A stretch of 40,571 nt of DNA from a virus (lineage: Duplodnaviria > Caudoviricetes). The stretch's first letter is position 1. Each line of letters opens with the position of its first letter. The notes below the pieces were generated by a model. The model did no database searches. It had not been told where the DNA came from and saw only the letters and a program-made list of their open reading frames with translations. The position numbers were made by a program, and so were the translations under genes. Location: IMG/VR virus record IMGVR_UViG_3300016265_001829, positions 1-40,571 of that record; one strand, written 5' to 3'. Shown piece by piece: positions 19,101-26,300 of this stretch.

Positions 19101-19940
19101 GAACAGGAAATAGAGGCTATTCGACAACGCTACACCGATCCAGCCGATCAACAAACAAGAGACGAATTGTTTAGAAACGCGGGCATTTTGCTGGAATTAA
19201 ATCTAGAACAGATTGATCAGCAATTTAAAGATTTAGGGGAAACAATTAGAGACACTGCCTCTGGTGCTTTTGCCACTTTCCTAGAAGATACCCTGACTGG
19301 AACCAAATCGATCGGCGATGCTTTCCTTGATATGGCCCAATCAATTCTAAAATCCTTAGCTCAAATTGCGGCACGGATAGCGATCGGGGGACTATTCCGA
19401 CTATTGAAGTTGCCGATTCCTGGTTTTGCCGATGGGGGGACGGTTTACCCTGAGTCAAGTCAAAGGGTTCCCAATTTTGCGGAAGGCGATACAGTCAAAT
19501 CCGCAAACATTTCGGATTTATTCTTCGGCAACGCTCAGGGCAATCCTTTTAAAGGAATTCAGGAGGCTTTAAGAAAAGAAGGTCCGCAGGGAGTGTTAGC
19601 AGTATTTACCCCAGGGGAAGAAATTCTGAGTCTTCGCACTGGAGAGGCTCAAAAATATCAAAGCTTAAAGTCTCGATTAGGCAAAAATCCTTTAGCTAAA
19701 ATTGGTAATTTTGCTGATGGGGGTACAATCGGAATTAATGAAAGTTTGTTAGCTGGATTAAATTATGGAATGCCTACTACTAGCCGCTTGCCTAATAATT
19801 TTGGGCAAACTACACAAATATCAAATTATGGGGGCGATCGATCGGTCACGGTCAATGTGAGCGCTCCTAATCCTTCAGCCTTTAACGCTTCCGAGCGACA
19901 AATTGGCCGGACAATTGCCGAATATTTATCAAGGGTGTGA
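10125..19940 (+). CDS. Tail tape measure protein, 3271 aa, with ADP-ribosyltransferase, glycine-rich, tape-measure, permuted M23 and SLT domains
   Basis: LGIQSPSKVF motif, tape-measure domain at ~14560-15100, long coiled coils, C-terminal FADGG repeats. ART at ~11490-11995, M23 at ~17010-17385, SLT at ~17470-17850. Confidence 0.93.
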   Translation: MRADLSGFFAVVNAIEQINRTINVFSIGLSNLEKFGNLLQKQSQQQPKRFGFPSTIQVRNLQIKTGSVVLNASSVIVQTQKKLSTPLQKPSIVKNTPKQEKSKTVTNVQGDNLATKPQKETTIKKPRKSGGDSAPSHVAKKTAAKKSESAKDQFQVLYQKTNNTALAKAISEHLSSVVLTVKVSEFPHKKPDNADLAKAISQQLSKVTFKTSERSNFIKNLTTGFTYGIGGTLGQRFTSGFEQGTGINSRFLGKQTGKAARYPFVLVNEFKKGFFGEDTQLNFKDKEDPDENTGNSSSSPPKKPSGGSGGTNKKTFGNNLLERLVYQQGQKLNNKVDPKDAIHAFIDLWAKWSKETNVRFAVPQFIETIRQKSDKESFSDKQINETLEKRKNFLKEEIAKEEKLPDNQKIKINETRQKKQLLSPKEQLAYIEFLEKHRKDLYKKLGKILFRFRGQNKLKFEELMAIYYYTESQGYKEMNQVLRGQSKPLAEKLDIKEKNLIRSADKNIKVATSGLNRLPGFKGKTYRGLDFATMGIDPDEYYKVGQVIEEKGFTSTTKNQTMRYPGNVVWEINANKGGKDISEIEAFTNEEVLFPPNSKFKVVGKRRVKKFGRDFWVIELDDVNNETVNLPDVQGDFEKNQAQTSASSVKTPQPQRRTRKRQSANIPSVELQIKPNEPNQVPTRTDTPGRPDGSGNQPPDRSLDVVPVGPVELPIGPRNNVDIEAEPTRGGGLAPLAGQLDTYQKTLRESLARGLEVKKAQTDIEIEPGLWVDVEQLNQGFVKRTQTQLILFWEKLRTNLGKEINRTLAGLLGTIPGAMLGRGLTGDPVGGYLGGMAGRLIAETGFQDVSNFRSLQQQGMSPATAEFWQQFGNNRKFLPNTLRKTAVGYVTGSVVGRGINDVMQATGANQLISALMPSWLETAIGDGINRTIKTIADPNIDLAIPNLPPAANKILSAPLHAVGKSVAAQGFLGNVATSFLDHQTKTALMPVREALTSAGQALGGEGLLGEYLGDRFTGLGIGAIQDTAKASGRGVAGMIAPGLPAEVRNFIADQVIKQGILDGTVRDQVAPFLASRAGTDVFARGVKVPVTGKIAGTINQTLDKYDPFAIAPKQSLTDEQILLNRQQRLAKKRTTAINAVENLFNRIDKSVDETTKAVVGIGNGFLGFFDNIRTKTYDFAKKTAGLTDNPITLIDQYVVYLDQLVQDAQKQAEETVKGIIPDYKNLTIPERKEAIGSYKEKVATEVKKFRMAIEDGESQIALEIGENILALVESTRKVYKDLLEAVPSDLSGTKSIEANQRYLTSVQTEVLKGQPNLKGRAKTGLMQLVGTETSEGFIKGIEERLNKVRNSGKELAESAIEGAKKRLGIQSPSKVFKEIGEQVVEGFKRGVSEVKEVLQEPVEQTLQATEKVLDNFASSAQNAFDKFYEALAEKFPIIKEFKDIILGFIATVAVGNVFQFLVNVITELANASFTAVVELESVRTALIAVTGSAEKGAKGLAFVREEAQKLGVNLQTLENAYAGFIAVTRYTPLQGKQTDQIFSAFTQTAALRGLSNEEQSRMFQAINQIISKRKLSAEEVRGQLGEIPGLAFESTLARSLGVAPAQLTDMMKDGLLFAEDILPKVAALYQSENAAIQGSTETTIQAVNRFQNAITNLQRGFEFWITGSQLFFNLFAAGIENLSKIIPVIVKYLGIFWAALFIDLAQITIDLAKLFASFKSGGVLFKNFAQVAVQAFAAIKKALVKFLIQFGLITLAVDAVGAAIYVLSNNAFPELKKGIEEATTRANQLEQALQNVGKATQAIPRELPKTEEEIVTTRNWNILGWNTGFNLEGTRQFLNNIDKALGFEPMLTTLGQQELANFQENVGGLLSQVDKNLFKQFDVEKTIKEIRELDKELTQARSRQFNIPAGDKKRYEAAIKEQQKLIEERDKKLSVTASFEKALQGDKAEIEKYLKTLDELVARRGITEDAEKSIRAQLEQRLKDIDKTSTAFDDLMSNLQKSVNALTLALRNLNEQASYFNETLQRNATNARVQFIRRARAAGVGSQVRDLGLDEIEQNTLEARIVFLRDQLGAVNELLTKPDFADVLTDLRQQAEDMGFNLENTATIDRLISENRSQQETAVLNTLKEQLRLQDELGQAEENLEQSISSTRSGIRDLNNSVEEFFFNLTQRIEEAIVEVDRILNKLKYTDIKNRLQRALVPGSDTFVNGLVSQIQGIFDRASGIVEQLLGQRSARINFVGERSGLQSELENFTRNLGGATEALELFRQGLLGSQPSGVSSQPSGGGGQPSASGRFALGKIGSTGIGSGPHLHLAGKDAKGNVMSKERLRELFSMVYVDGKPLSEQIDKITSGYGRRRRPVPGASTDHLAFDFGFPRGTPLEFRGAASSARSYFTSKNGNTVELTLPTGEKLLFLHLDSVADLGTIQRGRVNTPGNTTGNTPRRGMPNVPFASLIESAARQAGIDPLLFAALIKKESTFRQERKPGQILTSSANALGISQLKPETAKELGVNPYNVAENLLGGAKYLARMLERFGGNIELALSAYKAGPGNVRNNQLARGTVRDVGMVMQYYREFQQAGQVASANQPDVPNPPIPNVDNTAAQGLTNRLIQIKENQVNLGDADVRQEIESFVIQLRQTQQEILRQMGDSIRQSTQSVTEAQNSLQDIRSQYSPQTQSAQLETELRGVENQFRSLDNQLFEQERGLSDNIQGLDKLLGQIKPIIEILSASTNQVDQESASFLRGLIGRIEQDKTTYSGMLTEIQKLRGQLKEGKLDAENFVRAQAKLRTIQADLERIGTELSIAQQKNNLEQERAIALLQSRQQLELELLQISQDFEGEDRNKRLALAREQARLREQEIEYQFQSKSLSQETELINQRLAIAQNLSNLGKINELELLQSQKQLEQEILEIKKQYPDIADQERRINLAKEQARLREIGIENNFYNQRWQRQQELFDMESRIVEARATRLERSGQPFEAAAMREELAFRAELLRYEQEIEAIRQRYTDPADQQTRDELFRNAGILLELNLEQIDQQFKDLGETIRDTASGAFATFLEDTLTGTKSIGDAFLDMAQSILKSLAQIAARIAIGGLFRLLKLPIPGFADGGTVYPESSQRVPNFAEGDTVKSANISDLFFGNAQGNPFKGIQEALRKEGPQGVLAVFTPGEEILSLRTGEAQKYQSLKSRLGKNPLAKIGNFADGGTIGINESLLAGLNYGMPTTSRLPNNFGQTTQISNYGGDRSVTVNVSAPNPSAFNASERQIGRTIAEYLSRV

Positions 19941-20173
19941 GCCAAAATTAAGCCAATTGATTTTTTAAAAGCTGAAACTCTTGATAAATAAGCTTTTTTT
20001 TTAAAAATTTAGTCTCGAAATCTGCTTTAGGGTCACACCTAACGTGGGTTCAAATCCCACCCTCTCCGTGATTACGCTGATTTGATAAGGCTTTCGGCAA
20101 TTGTTCCTCTACACATAGTTTATCAAGTTTCAGCAAGTTTGCTAAGGTGAATTTAAGCCGGGCTTAAGCCAAT
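19937..20173. repeat. attP arm-type repeats
   Basis: GTGAGCCAAA and TTAAGCCAAT at 19937 and 19948; TTAAGCCGGG and TTAAGCCAAT at 20153 and 20164. Both pairs have 11-bp spacing and flank the tRNA-derived core. Confidence 0.7.
20014..20068 (+). other. attP core: 3' half of tRNA-Ser(CGA)
   Basis: CTCGAAA anticodon loop, TCTGC 3' stem strand, long variable arm TTAGG/CCTAA, T-arm GTGGG-TTCAAAT-CCCAC, acceptor strand CCTCTCC-G. No 5' half upstream. Confidence 0.88.
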
Positions 20174-20321
20174 GAGGTTAGATCCTTCTGTTGTCTGTTG
20201 TGTTATTGTCGTGGCTTGCTTGCTGCACTCTATTTTTATGCCAGAAAGCACCAATCTTTTACGAGAATTAATGATCGCTACTGTTTCTGGGTATTTTGGC
20301 TATATCAAGGGAAGTGATTGA
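20172..20321 (+). CDS. Small two-helix membrane protein, holin candidate, 49 aa (not in ORF track)
   Basis: MRLDPSVVCCVIVVACLLHSIFMPESTNLLRELMIATVSGYFGYIKGSD*; TGATG coupling to the next gene. Confidence 0.65.
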   Translation: MRLDPSVVCCVIVVACLLHSIFMPESTNLLRELMIATVSGYFGYIKGSD

Positions 20322-21190
20322 TGAAAAATTTAAATTCTGCTTTTTTAGCGGCCTTGACAGCGGAAACGCGCACGGTGATCCGGTGTGCGAGGATTGAGCG
20401 CCGAGACGGGGAAGTGTTTGGACTGACGGAATTGGATCAGGATTTAATCATCGATGGAGTCACTTATCGATCGCTAAATGGCTTGTCTCCGACTGCGATC
20501 GCTGCTGATTTGTCTTTTCAGTCTAATAATGTGGAATTAACGGGATTAATTAGCGATAATGGGATCAGTTTGACGGATGTAAGACTTGGGTTTTTTGATT
20601 ACGCAAAAATCCAAGTTTTTTTAGTTAATTATCTTGATTTACCCACTTCTTTAAGTGGTAATAGTCCTAAGTTTTTGCTTTTGCCAGTGCGAGTTATGGG
20701 CAAAATTAATTATTCTAATGGACAGTTTACGGCTGAGGTAATGGGGTTGAGTCGCTTTCTTGATGCAAAGATTCCCCGTGCAACTTCCCCCAATTGCCGC
20801 TATAATTTTGGAGTTAACCAAGGGTATTCTAAATGTGCAGTTAATGTGGATAATTTTGCGACTAATTTAACCGTTACCGATGGGCGAACAGAATTAAGCT
20901 TTTTTACCAGTTGGGAAGGTGATGACGATCGCTTTACTGGGGGAACAATAACTTGGACAAATGGACCAAATGAAGGGTTAACGGTGGGAATTATCAAACA
21001 AATAGGCCATAATTTTTTCTTAACGGAACCTTTGCCTGTCACACCGGATTCTGGTGATAATTTTAGGGCGCGGCCTAGTTGCCAAAAAACTCTTAATGCT
21101 TGTCGCTCATTCAATAATCAAATAAATTTTGGGGGGGAAGATAAAATTCCTGGATTAGATGCCTATATTTCAATGGAGAATCAAGGATGA
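20321..21190 (+). CDS. Tail hub protein (DUF2163/BR0599, GTA-like)
   Basis: RRDGEVFGLTELDQDL N-terminus; conserved Cys pattern CRYNFG..C..CQKTLNAC..FNNQINFGG. Confidence 0.88.
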   Translation: MKNLNSAFLAALTAETRTVIRCARIERRDGEVFGLTELDQDLIIDGVTYRSLNGLSPTAIAADLSFQSNNVELTGLISDNGISLTDVRLGFFDYAKIQVFLVNYLDLPTSLSGNSPKFLLLPVRVMGKINYSNGQFTAEVMGLSRFLDAKIPRATSPNCRYNFGVNQGYSKCAVNVDNFATNLTVTDGRTELSFFTSWEGDDDRFTGGTITWTNGPNEGLTVGIIKQIGHNFFLTEPLPVTPDSGDNFRARPSCQKTLNACRSFNNQINFGGEDKIPGLDAYISMENQG

Positions 21191-21600
21191 TTCGTAACCA
21201 AATAATAGCAAGCGCTCGATCAATTATTGGCACTCCTTACGTCCATCAAGGCCGGGTTAAAGGGGTAGGAGTGGATTGTATTGGCACTATTTTGATTGTG
21301 GCGAGGGAATTAAACCTAACTCAGTTTGAGATTAGCGGTTATGGCCGGCGATCGGAAGGGGTGGAGATGTTTGATGAATTTGTTAAACAGTGCGGTCAAC
21401 CGATAGAAAATCCTTTACCAGGGGATATTTTGATGTTTCAAGACAAAGACTGGCGGCATTGCGGTATTTTGGCTTGTAAAGGGGATGATTTTACTTTAAT
21501 TCATACTCACCGAGTGGCTCAAAAGTGTGTGGAACACTGCTTAGATAATCACTGGCAAAATTTTATTAAAGCGGCTTTTTGTTTTCCTGGAGTTCAATAA
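21187..21600 (+). CDS. NlpC/P60 tail-associated peptidase
   Basis: GTPYVHQGR..GVDCIG, PGDILMF, HCGI, LIH catalytic pattern. Confidence 0.9.
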   Translation: MIRNQIIASARSIIGTPYVHQGRVKGVGVDCIGTILIVARELNLTQFEISGYGRRSEGVEMFDEFVKQCGQPIENPLPGDILMFQDKDWRHCGILACKGDDFTLIHTHRVAQKCVEHCLDNHWQNFIKAAFCFPGVQ

Positions 21601-21603
21601 CAA

Positions 21604-21629
21604 AAAACTCTCTTTTTAAAGAGAGTTTT
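21604..21629. terminator. Bidirectional stem-loop
   Basis: AAAACTCTCTTT-TT-AAAGAGAGTTTT perfect 12-bp inverted repeat. Confidence 0.6.
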
Positions 21630-21696
21630 GAGGGACAAATAGATCATCAAGAATTCGTAGCCGCAACGCTAAGAACTCTTATATTATACCAGTTTT

Positions 21697-23361
21697 ATGT
21701 TTATTGAAGAGAGATTAGATTTAGGCATTACCTATGGCACAACTGCCACGATTACCACTAGCACGGCAATTGTGGAGACTTTTTCTGGGACAGAAATCCG
21801 ATCAATAAATTGGGTTTATCCTTTGCTTAAATTTAATATTGGGCAAAAGGGTTGTTTAAATCAGGAGTTGGAGTATTTTTTAGCGTTTCATGCCGCTAGA
21901 AAAGGGGCTTATGAGGGCTTTAGATTTAAGGATTGGGCAGATTATGAATTTAATACGGTAATCACGCTTAATGCTAATAAACAAGCGCAATTATTTAAAC
22001 AATATTCTGTGGCGGAAAGTAGTGTTAAAAGATCTTTATCAAAAATTGTTATTGGTACGGTTTTGGTGTTTATTAATAATGTGGCAGTTACGCAAGGCTG
22101 GTCGTTAAATTACAATACTGGGGTGATTACTTTTGATGCAATTCCTACGGGTACAATTCGAGTATCAGGAGAATTTGATGTGCCAGTTAGATTTGAATCT
22201 GATAAGATTAATCTTCGATTTCAGGCTTGTGAGCCGGGTACTGGAAGAAAGCTTTTTAATTGGGAGGGATTGACTTTAACCGAGGTCAAACTTTTGCCTA
22301 CTATTCCTTTGGCTTTTGATTTAGTTCCTCAATTTTTAAATCATCGAATTAATTTAGGGTACGATTACGATTCGATTGGAGGAAACGAATTTGCTACTCG
22401 AATCGAAAAATTAGTATCAGGGCATGAAACGAGAATCAGCGAGTGGACAACCAATCGGGGAAGTTGGGAAGTCGGATCGAGGACTTTACTCAAAAGTGAA
22501 TTAGATTACTTGATCGCTTTATTTCGGGTTTGTCGCGGGAAGGCTGTATCTTTTGTTTATTTTGATTGGGGCCAAATGGCTTATTTTCCTGTTAGGTTTG
22601 GTGAAGATGCGATCGCTTTTCGATTCGACGCTTATGAATTAGGAACAAAAAGGGTACTTTTTAATTTAGCGGGAATTCCTATAGTAGCAACGGGGAAATC
22701 TTTGCCCCGACCAGAAAACGCCACCAGAGAAACCTATTTAGGGCTGACGGCTGCCACGGGATTAGCGGGTTTCAATCCCACGGGTTCTCGTCATCGAATT
22801 TTAAGCTTCACGTTCAACGGTAAAAACCTTTTAAATCCAAATCTTTTGCAGCTAAATGGCAACGCTTCTTTTACTCAAAATATTTTACAGCTAACCCCAG
22901 CCGCTAACAGTCAGGCTGGATCTGCTTTTTGGATAGAACCGCTAACAAATCCTAATAGCAATTGGTCCGTATTTTTTACCTATGAAATTATAGCAAATTC
23001 TCGCTACGACGGCATTGCTTTTGTGATTACCAATAGTATTTCTGGCATTAATAGCTTGACCCCAGGAGGAGGGATCGGTTATTTAGGAATTTCGCCCCGG
23101 CTTGCGATTGAATTTGATACTTTTTTTAATAGTATTTTTAATGATCCTAACAACAACCATATTGCTTTAAATACGGCGGGGAGAACTAATCTAGAGTTTG
23201 TGATTCCTGATCCAGGTATTGATTTAGTAGGAATTCGATTTGTGTGGATAGAAAATACATCCTTGGGGCTAAAGGTTTATTTATCTGAAAATGAGCAAAA
23301 ACCGGCGAGTCCCATTTTAACCGAGATAATTGACATTAATTTTGTAATAGGAGTGTATTAG
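21697..23361 (+). CDS. Distal tail protein (DUF2460, partially duplicated) fused to an L-type lectin domain
   Basis: ARKGAYEGFRFKDWADY and GEFDVPVRF, echoed by VCRGKAVSFVYFDW..PVRF. C-terminal LQLTPAANSQAGSAF..DGIAFV..AIEFDTF..DPNNNHI is a legume-lectin signature. Confidence 0.85.
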   Translation: MFIEERLDLGITYGTTATITTSTAIVETFSGTEIRSINWVYPLLKFNIGQKGCLNQELEYFLAFHAARKGAYEGFRFKDWADYEFNTVITLNANKQAQLFKQYSVAESSVKRSLSKIVIGTVLVFINNVAVTQGWSLNYNTGVITFDAIPTGTIRVSGEFDVPVRFESDKINLRFQACEPGTGRKLFNWEGLTLTEVKLLPTIPLAFDLVPQFLNHRINLGYDYDSIGGNEFATRIEKLVSGHETRISEWTTNRGSWEVGSRTLLKSELDYLIALFRVCRGKAVSFVYFDWGQMAYFPVRFGEDAIAFRFDAYELGTKRVLFNLAGIPIVATGKSLPRPENATRETYLGLTAATGLAGFNPTGSRHRILSFTFNGKNLLNPNLLQLNGNASFTQNILQLTPAANSQAGSAFWIEPLTNPNSNWSVFFTYEIIANSRYDGIAFVITNSISGINSLTPGGGIGYLGISPRLAIEFDTFFNSIFNDPNNNHIALNTAGRTNLEFVIPDPGIDLVGIRFVWIENTSLGLKVYLSENEQKPASPILTEIIDINFVIGVY

Positions 23362-23388
23362 TAGGATATTTTCTCTTTACAATTCTCA

Positions 23389-26300
23389 CTAAAAAATTCC
23401 ATAAAAACCACCATTAGAAGTTGTCCCCGATAAATTTCCAGGGAAATTTCCTGTTACACTTCCTCTAATTTTACCACCATTATTTGCGGTGTATTGTTTT
23501 CCCGTGGCAGATCCTGTAAAACTACAATTTACAAAATCAACTAAACCATCCCATTGAGCAAAAACAAATCCGTTAGAAGTTCCAAAGTTACGCCCTGATA
23601 CTGTCACGGTTCTTCCTTGGCACAAAAACAAACCATTCCATTCACATAGAATATGACCAAAACCAGGATCTCCTGTAACAGAATAATTATTTGTACATAC
23701 TACCATTCCTCCTGCTAGAGCAACGTGAAACCACGGAACGGCATGAAACTCAATATTTGACAAATGAACTGTCGCTCCTAATGCAACTGTCATGCCATTT
23801 CCGCTACTGCTTGCTGTAATCCTGATTCCTTCTAAAAGGGTAATTCCATTAGTCGCAGTAGACTGAAAAACACTACAATTATTCCCAAAGATGATTACAT
23901 TTGAGGGGGTAGTTGTATTACCTCGGATAATTATTTGTCCAGAACCAATAATCGACTTTAATTCTATTGCTCTTGTGATAGTGTAAGTTCCATCTGCGAT
24001 CTGAATGATTGCGTCGTAAACTCCCAAATCTAAAGATGCGGCAACATCAATCGCTTTTTGAATTGTTAAAAATGCACCAGAGCTATTATTAGTTAATCCG
24101 TTGTTATTATTATTTCCATCTGCTCTAACAAAATAAGTACGATTGGAAGTTAGTAATTCTCTCCCAGAACTAACGGTAATATCGATCCGATTATCAATCG
24201 AATTATTCACGGCTGTGACATTCGGACCGATAAAGTTGAGAGTAGGTCTTGCGCCTACTAAATTCCCCTCATCTTGAATTGTTGGGGGGCTAACGGTAAT
24301 ATCGATCCGATTATCAATCGAATTATTCACGGCTGCGACATTCGGACCGATAAAGTTGAGAGTAGGTCTTGCGCCTACTAAATTCCCCTCATCTTGAATT
24401 GATAGCATCGACGCATCGTTAATAATCGTAAAATCAACTGCGCTGATCCCGACCCCCAAAGGAGCCGTGACTCGAATTTTGCCCGTAGTGGTTCCGGTGG
24501 CCACTACGGCGGTGATTGTGGTGTCATTGATTACGGTAAAGCTTTGAGCGGGGACATTATTAAAGCTGACGGCCGTGGCTCCGGTGAATCCCAGTCCAGT
24601 GATTGTCACGGTGGTTCCGATCGCCCCTTGTCGAGGGGAAAAATCATTAATCACCACCTGAAAAGCTTTTCCCTGAAAAAGCAAAATCACGGGGGCTACA
24701 TCAGCAAGAGCTTGGCCGGGACTTACGGCTTTAAAGTAAAAGGTTTTCCCAATGTCTGATCTTTGAGCAGGAAGATTGAGTTTGTACCCAGAGAGAAGAT
24801 AAAAATTAGCGGCGTGGATCTGGGGAGTGCCACTAAGGCCACGGGTAAAGGGAGCGGTTAGCTGGTAGATTCTGTCAGTTCCCTGATTACCGGTTAAACT
24901 GGCATTCTGAAAGTCTAAAATCTCATTACCAAGCAAGGCGCGGTTTTTGCCTTCTAGGAATAAAGCCTCAGAGATAGAAGCGAGAGAGGCGTGAAAAGGG
25001 ACGCGGATATCTACGGCTGTACCATTAAAAATGGTTTGAGCAGTTCCAAAGATAGAGCGAGTGATAAAATTTGCAACAAAATCGTAGGTCACGCCCAAAT
25101 CGCGGGACAGATAAAGGCTTGCGTTTCTCCAATTGGCATCGCCATCAGCAAAGGCATAAATCCCCGGCACATCGGTGGGGTAGGCAAGGGGAATATCCAG
25201 CACCCTTAGAGTTGTGGGCGAAACAATCGGGAGCGGGGTATCTCTGGGGGGGGTAGGGGGGAGGGGAGGGGGAGAGGGGTTGTCGGGGTCGTCGGGGGCG
25301 GAATTGGTTTCGGACCATCCGTAGATTAGGGGATTGTAGGCTTTAGTTTTTATCTGTAAAAGGTGGTTAGCGCCATAGCTAAGAGATTCTATCTGCAATT
25401 GTTGCGATTCGCTACCGTACAATTCCACCTCGATCACGTCCCCGGCTTCCAAGTTGGCATATCTCGGAGGTAAGGAAAATTCTTGAGTTCGTGCGCTTGT
25501 CCAGATTCTCCAAAGAGTGCGATCGGCTATTGCTTTAGCTTCTGAAGTGCTTAGAGCGCCAGTGAAATCAATACTTTCTACGCGGGTATGGTCTGCATCT
25601 GGAAAAATTACCGATTGGATTACATTAGGTTCTAGGTTGCGATCGACATCTAGAAATTTGACCTCAACCCGTGATGGTAATTGGGTTAAATCTGGCCGGC
25701 TTTCTCGCCACGGTCGGGGTCGTTCGCCGTTCTCTTCGTGCGCTCCCATTAATGCCACTGGAATAGAGGCACTGGCAGTAGGGCGAAATTGCGTCTGAAA
25801 TCGCAGGGTTGAGCCGGTGTCAATTAAGTCGAAAAAGTGGATTTTTTGCAAAGCTTGCAGTTTTTCGGCGATAGTTCCTTCAGAATTAGTCTGGAACCCG
25901 CGAACGTCGATGCTAGTTAATTCAGATACCTCAATGTCATCAGATACTAAATCTGATGATTGTAGGCAAATATTGGAGATTACCTCAGATAATTTAGGGC
26001 TACCATTGCGGACAATGGCAGAACATTGGGGATAGGAGTTACCAAATTCTTCTAAAGGAATCCCTTCGCAAACGATATAGGTTCGCCCACGGTAAGCGAG
26101 GGCAGCATCGCCTAATTCGGCAGATAAAAGCGAGTCCACGGTTTGAGTGTCGCTACCATTGTAAACCCGAATTGATCCGCCCCCAGAACTAATAATCGGG
26201 TCGGTGACTCCATCCTTGTAAACTAGCTTGGAATTAAAGCGAATTTCTTTGACTTCTGTGGATTTAGTGCAAAGTAAAAAAGCAAAATTGCCAAAATAAG

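Noticed and set aside
20014-20068. Functional tRNA-Ser gene
   Set aside because: Acceptor 5' strand, D-arm and 5' anticodon stem are missing, and upstream is an A/T tract. It fits an attP core instead.
24170-24401. Diversity-generating retroelement TR/VR pair
   Set aside because: No reverse transcriptase in the genome, both copies are in frame within one gene, and they differ at only one base.
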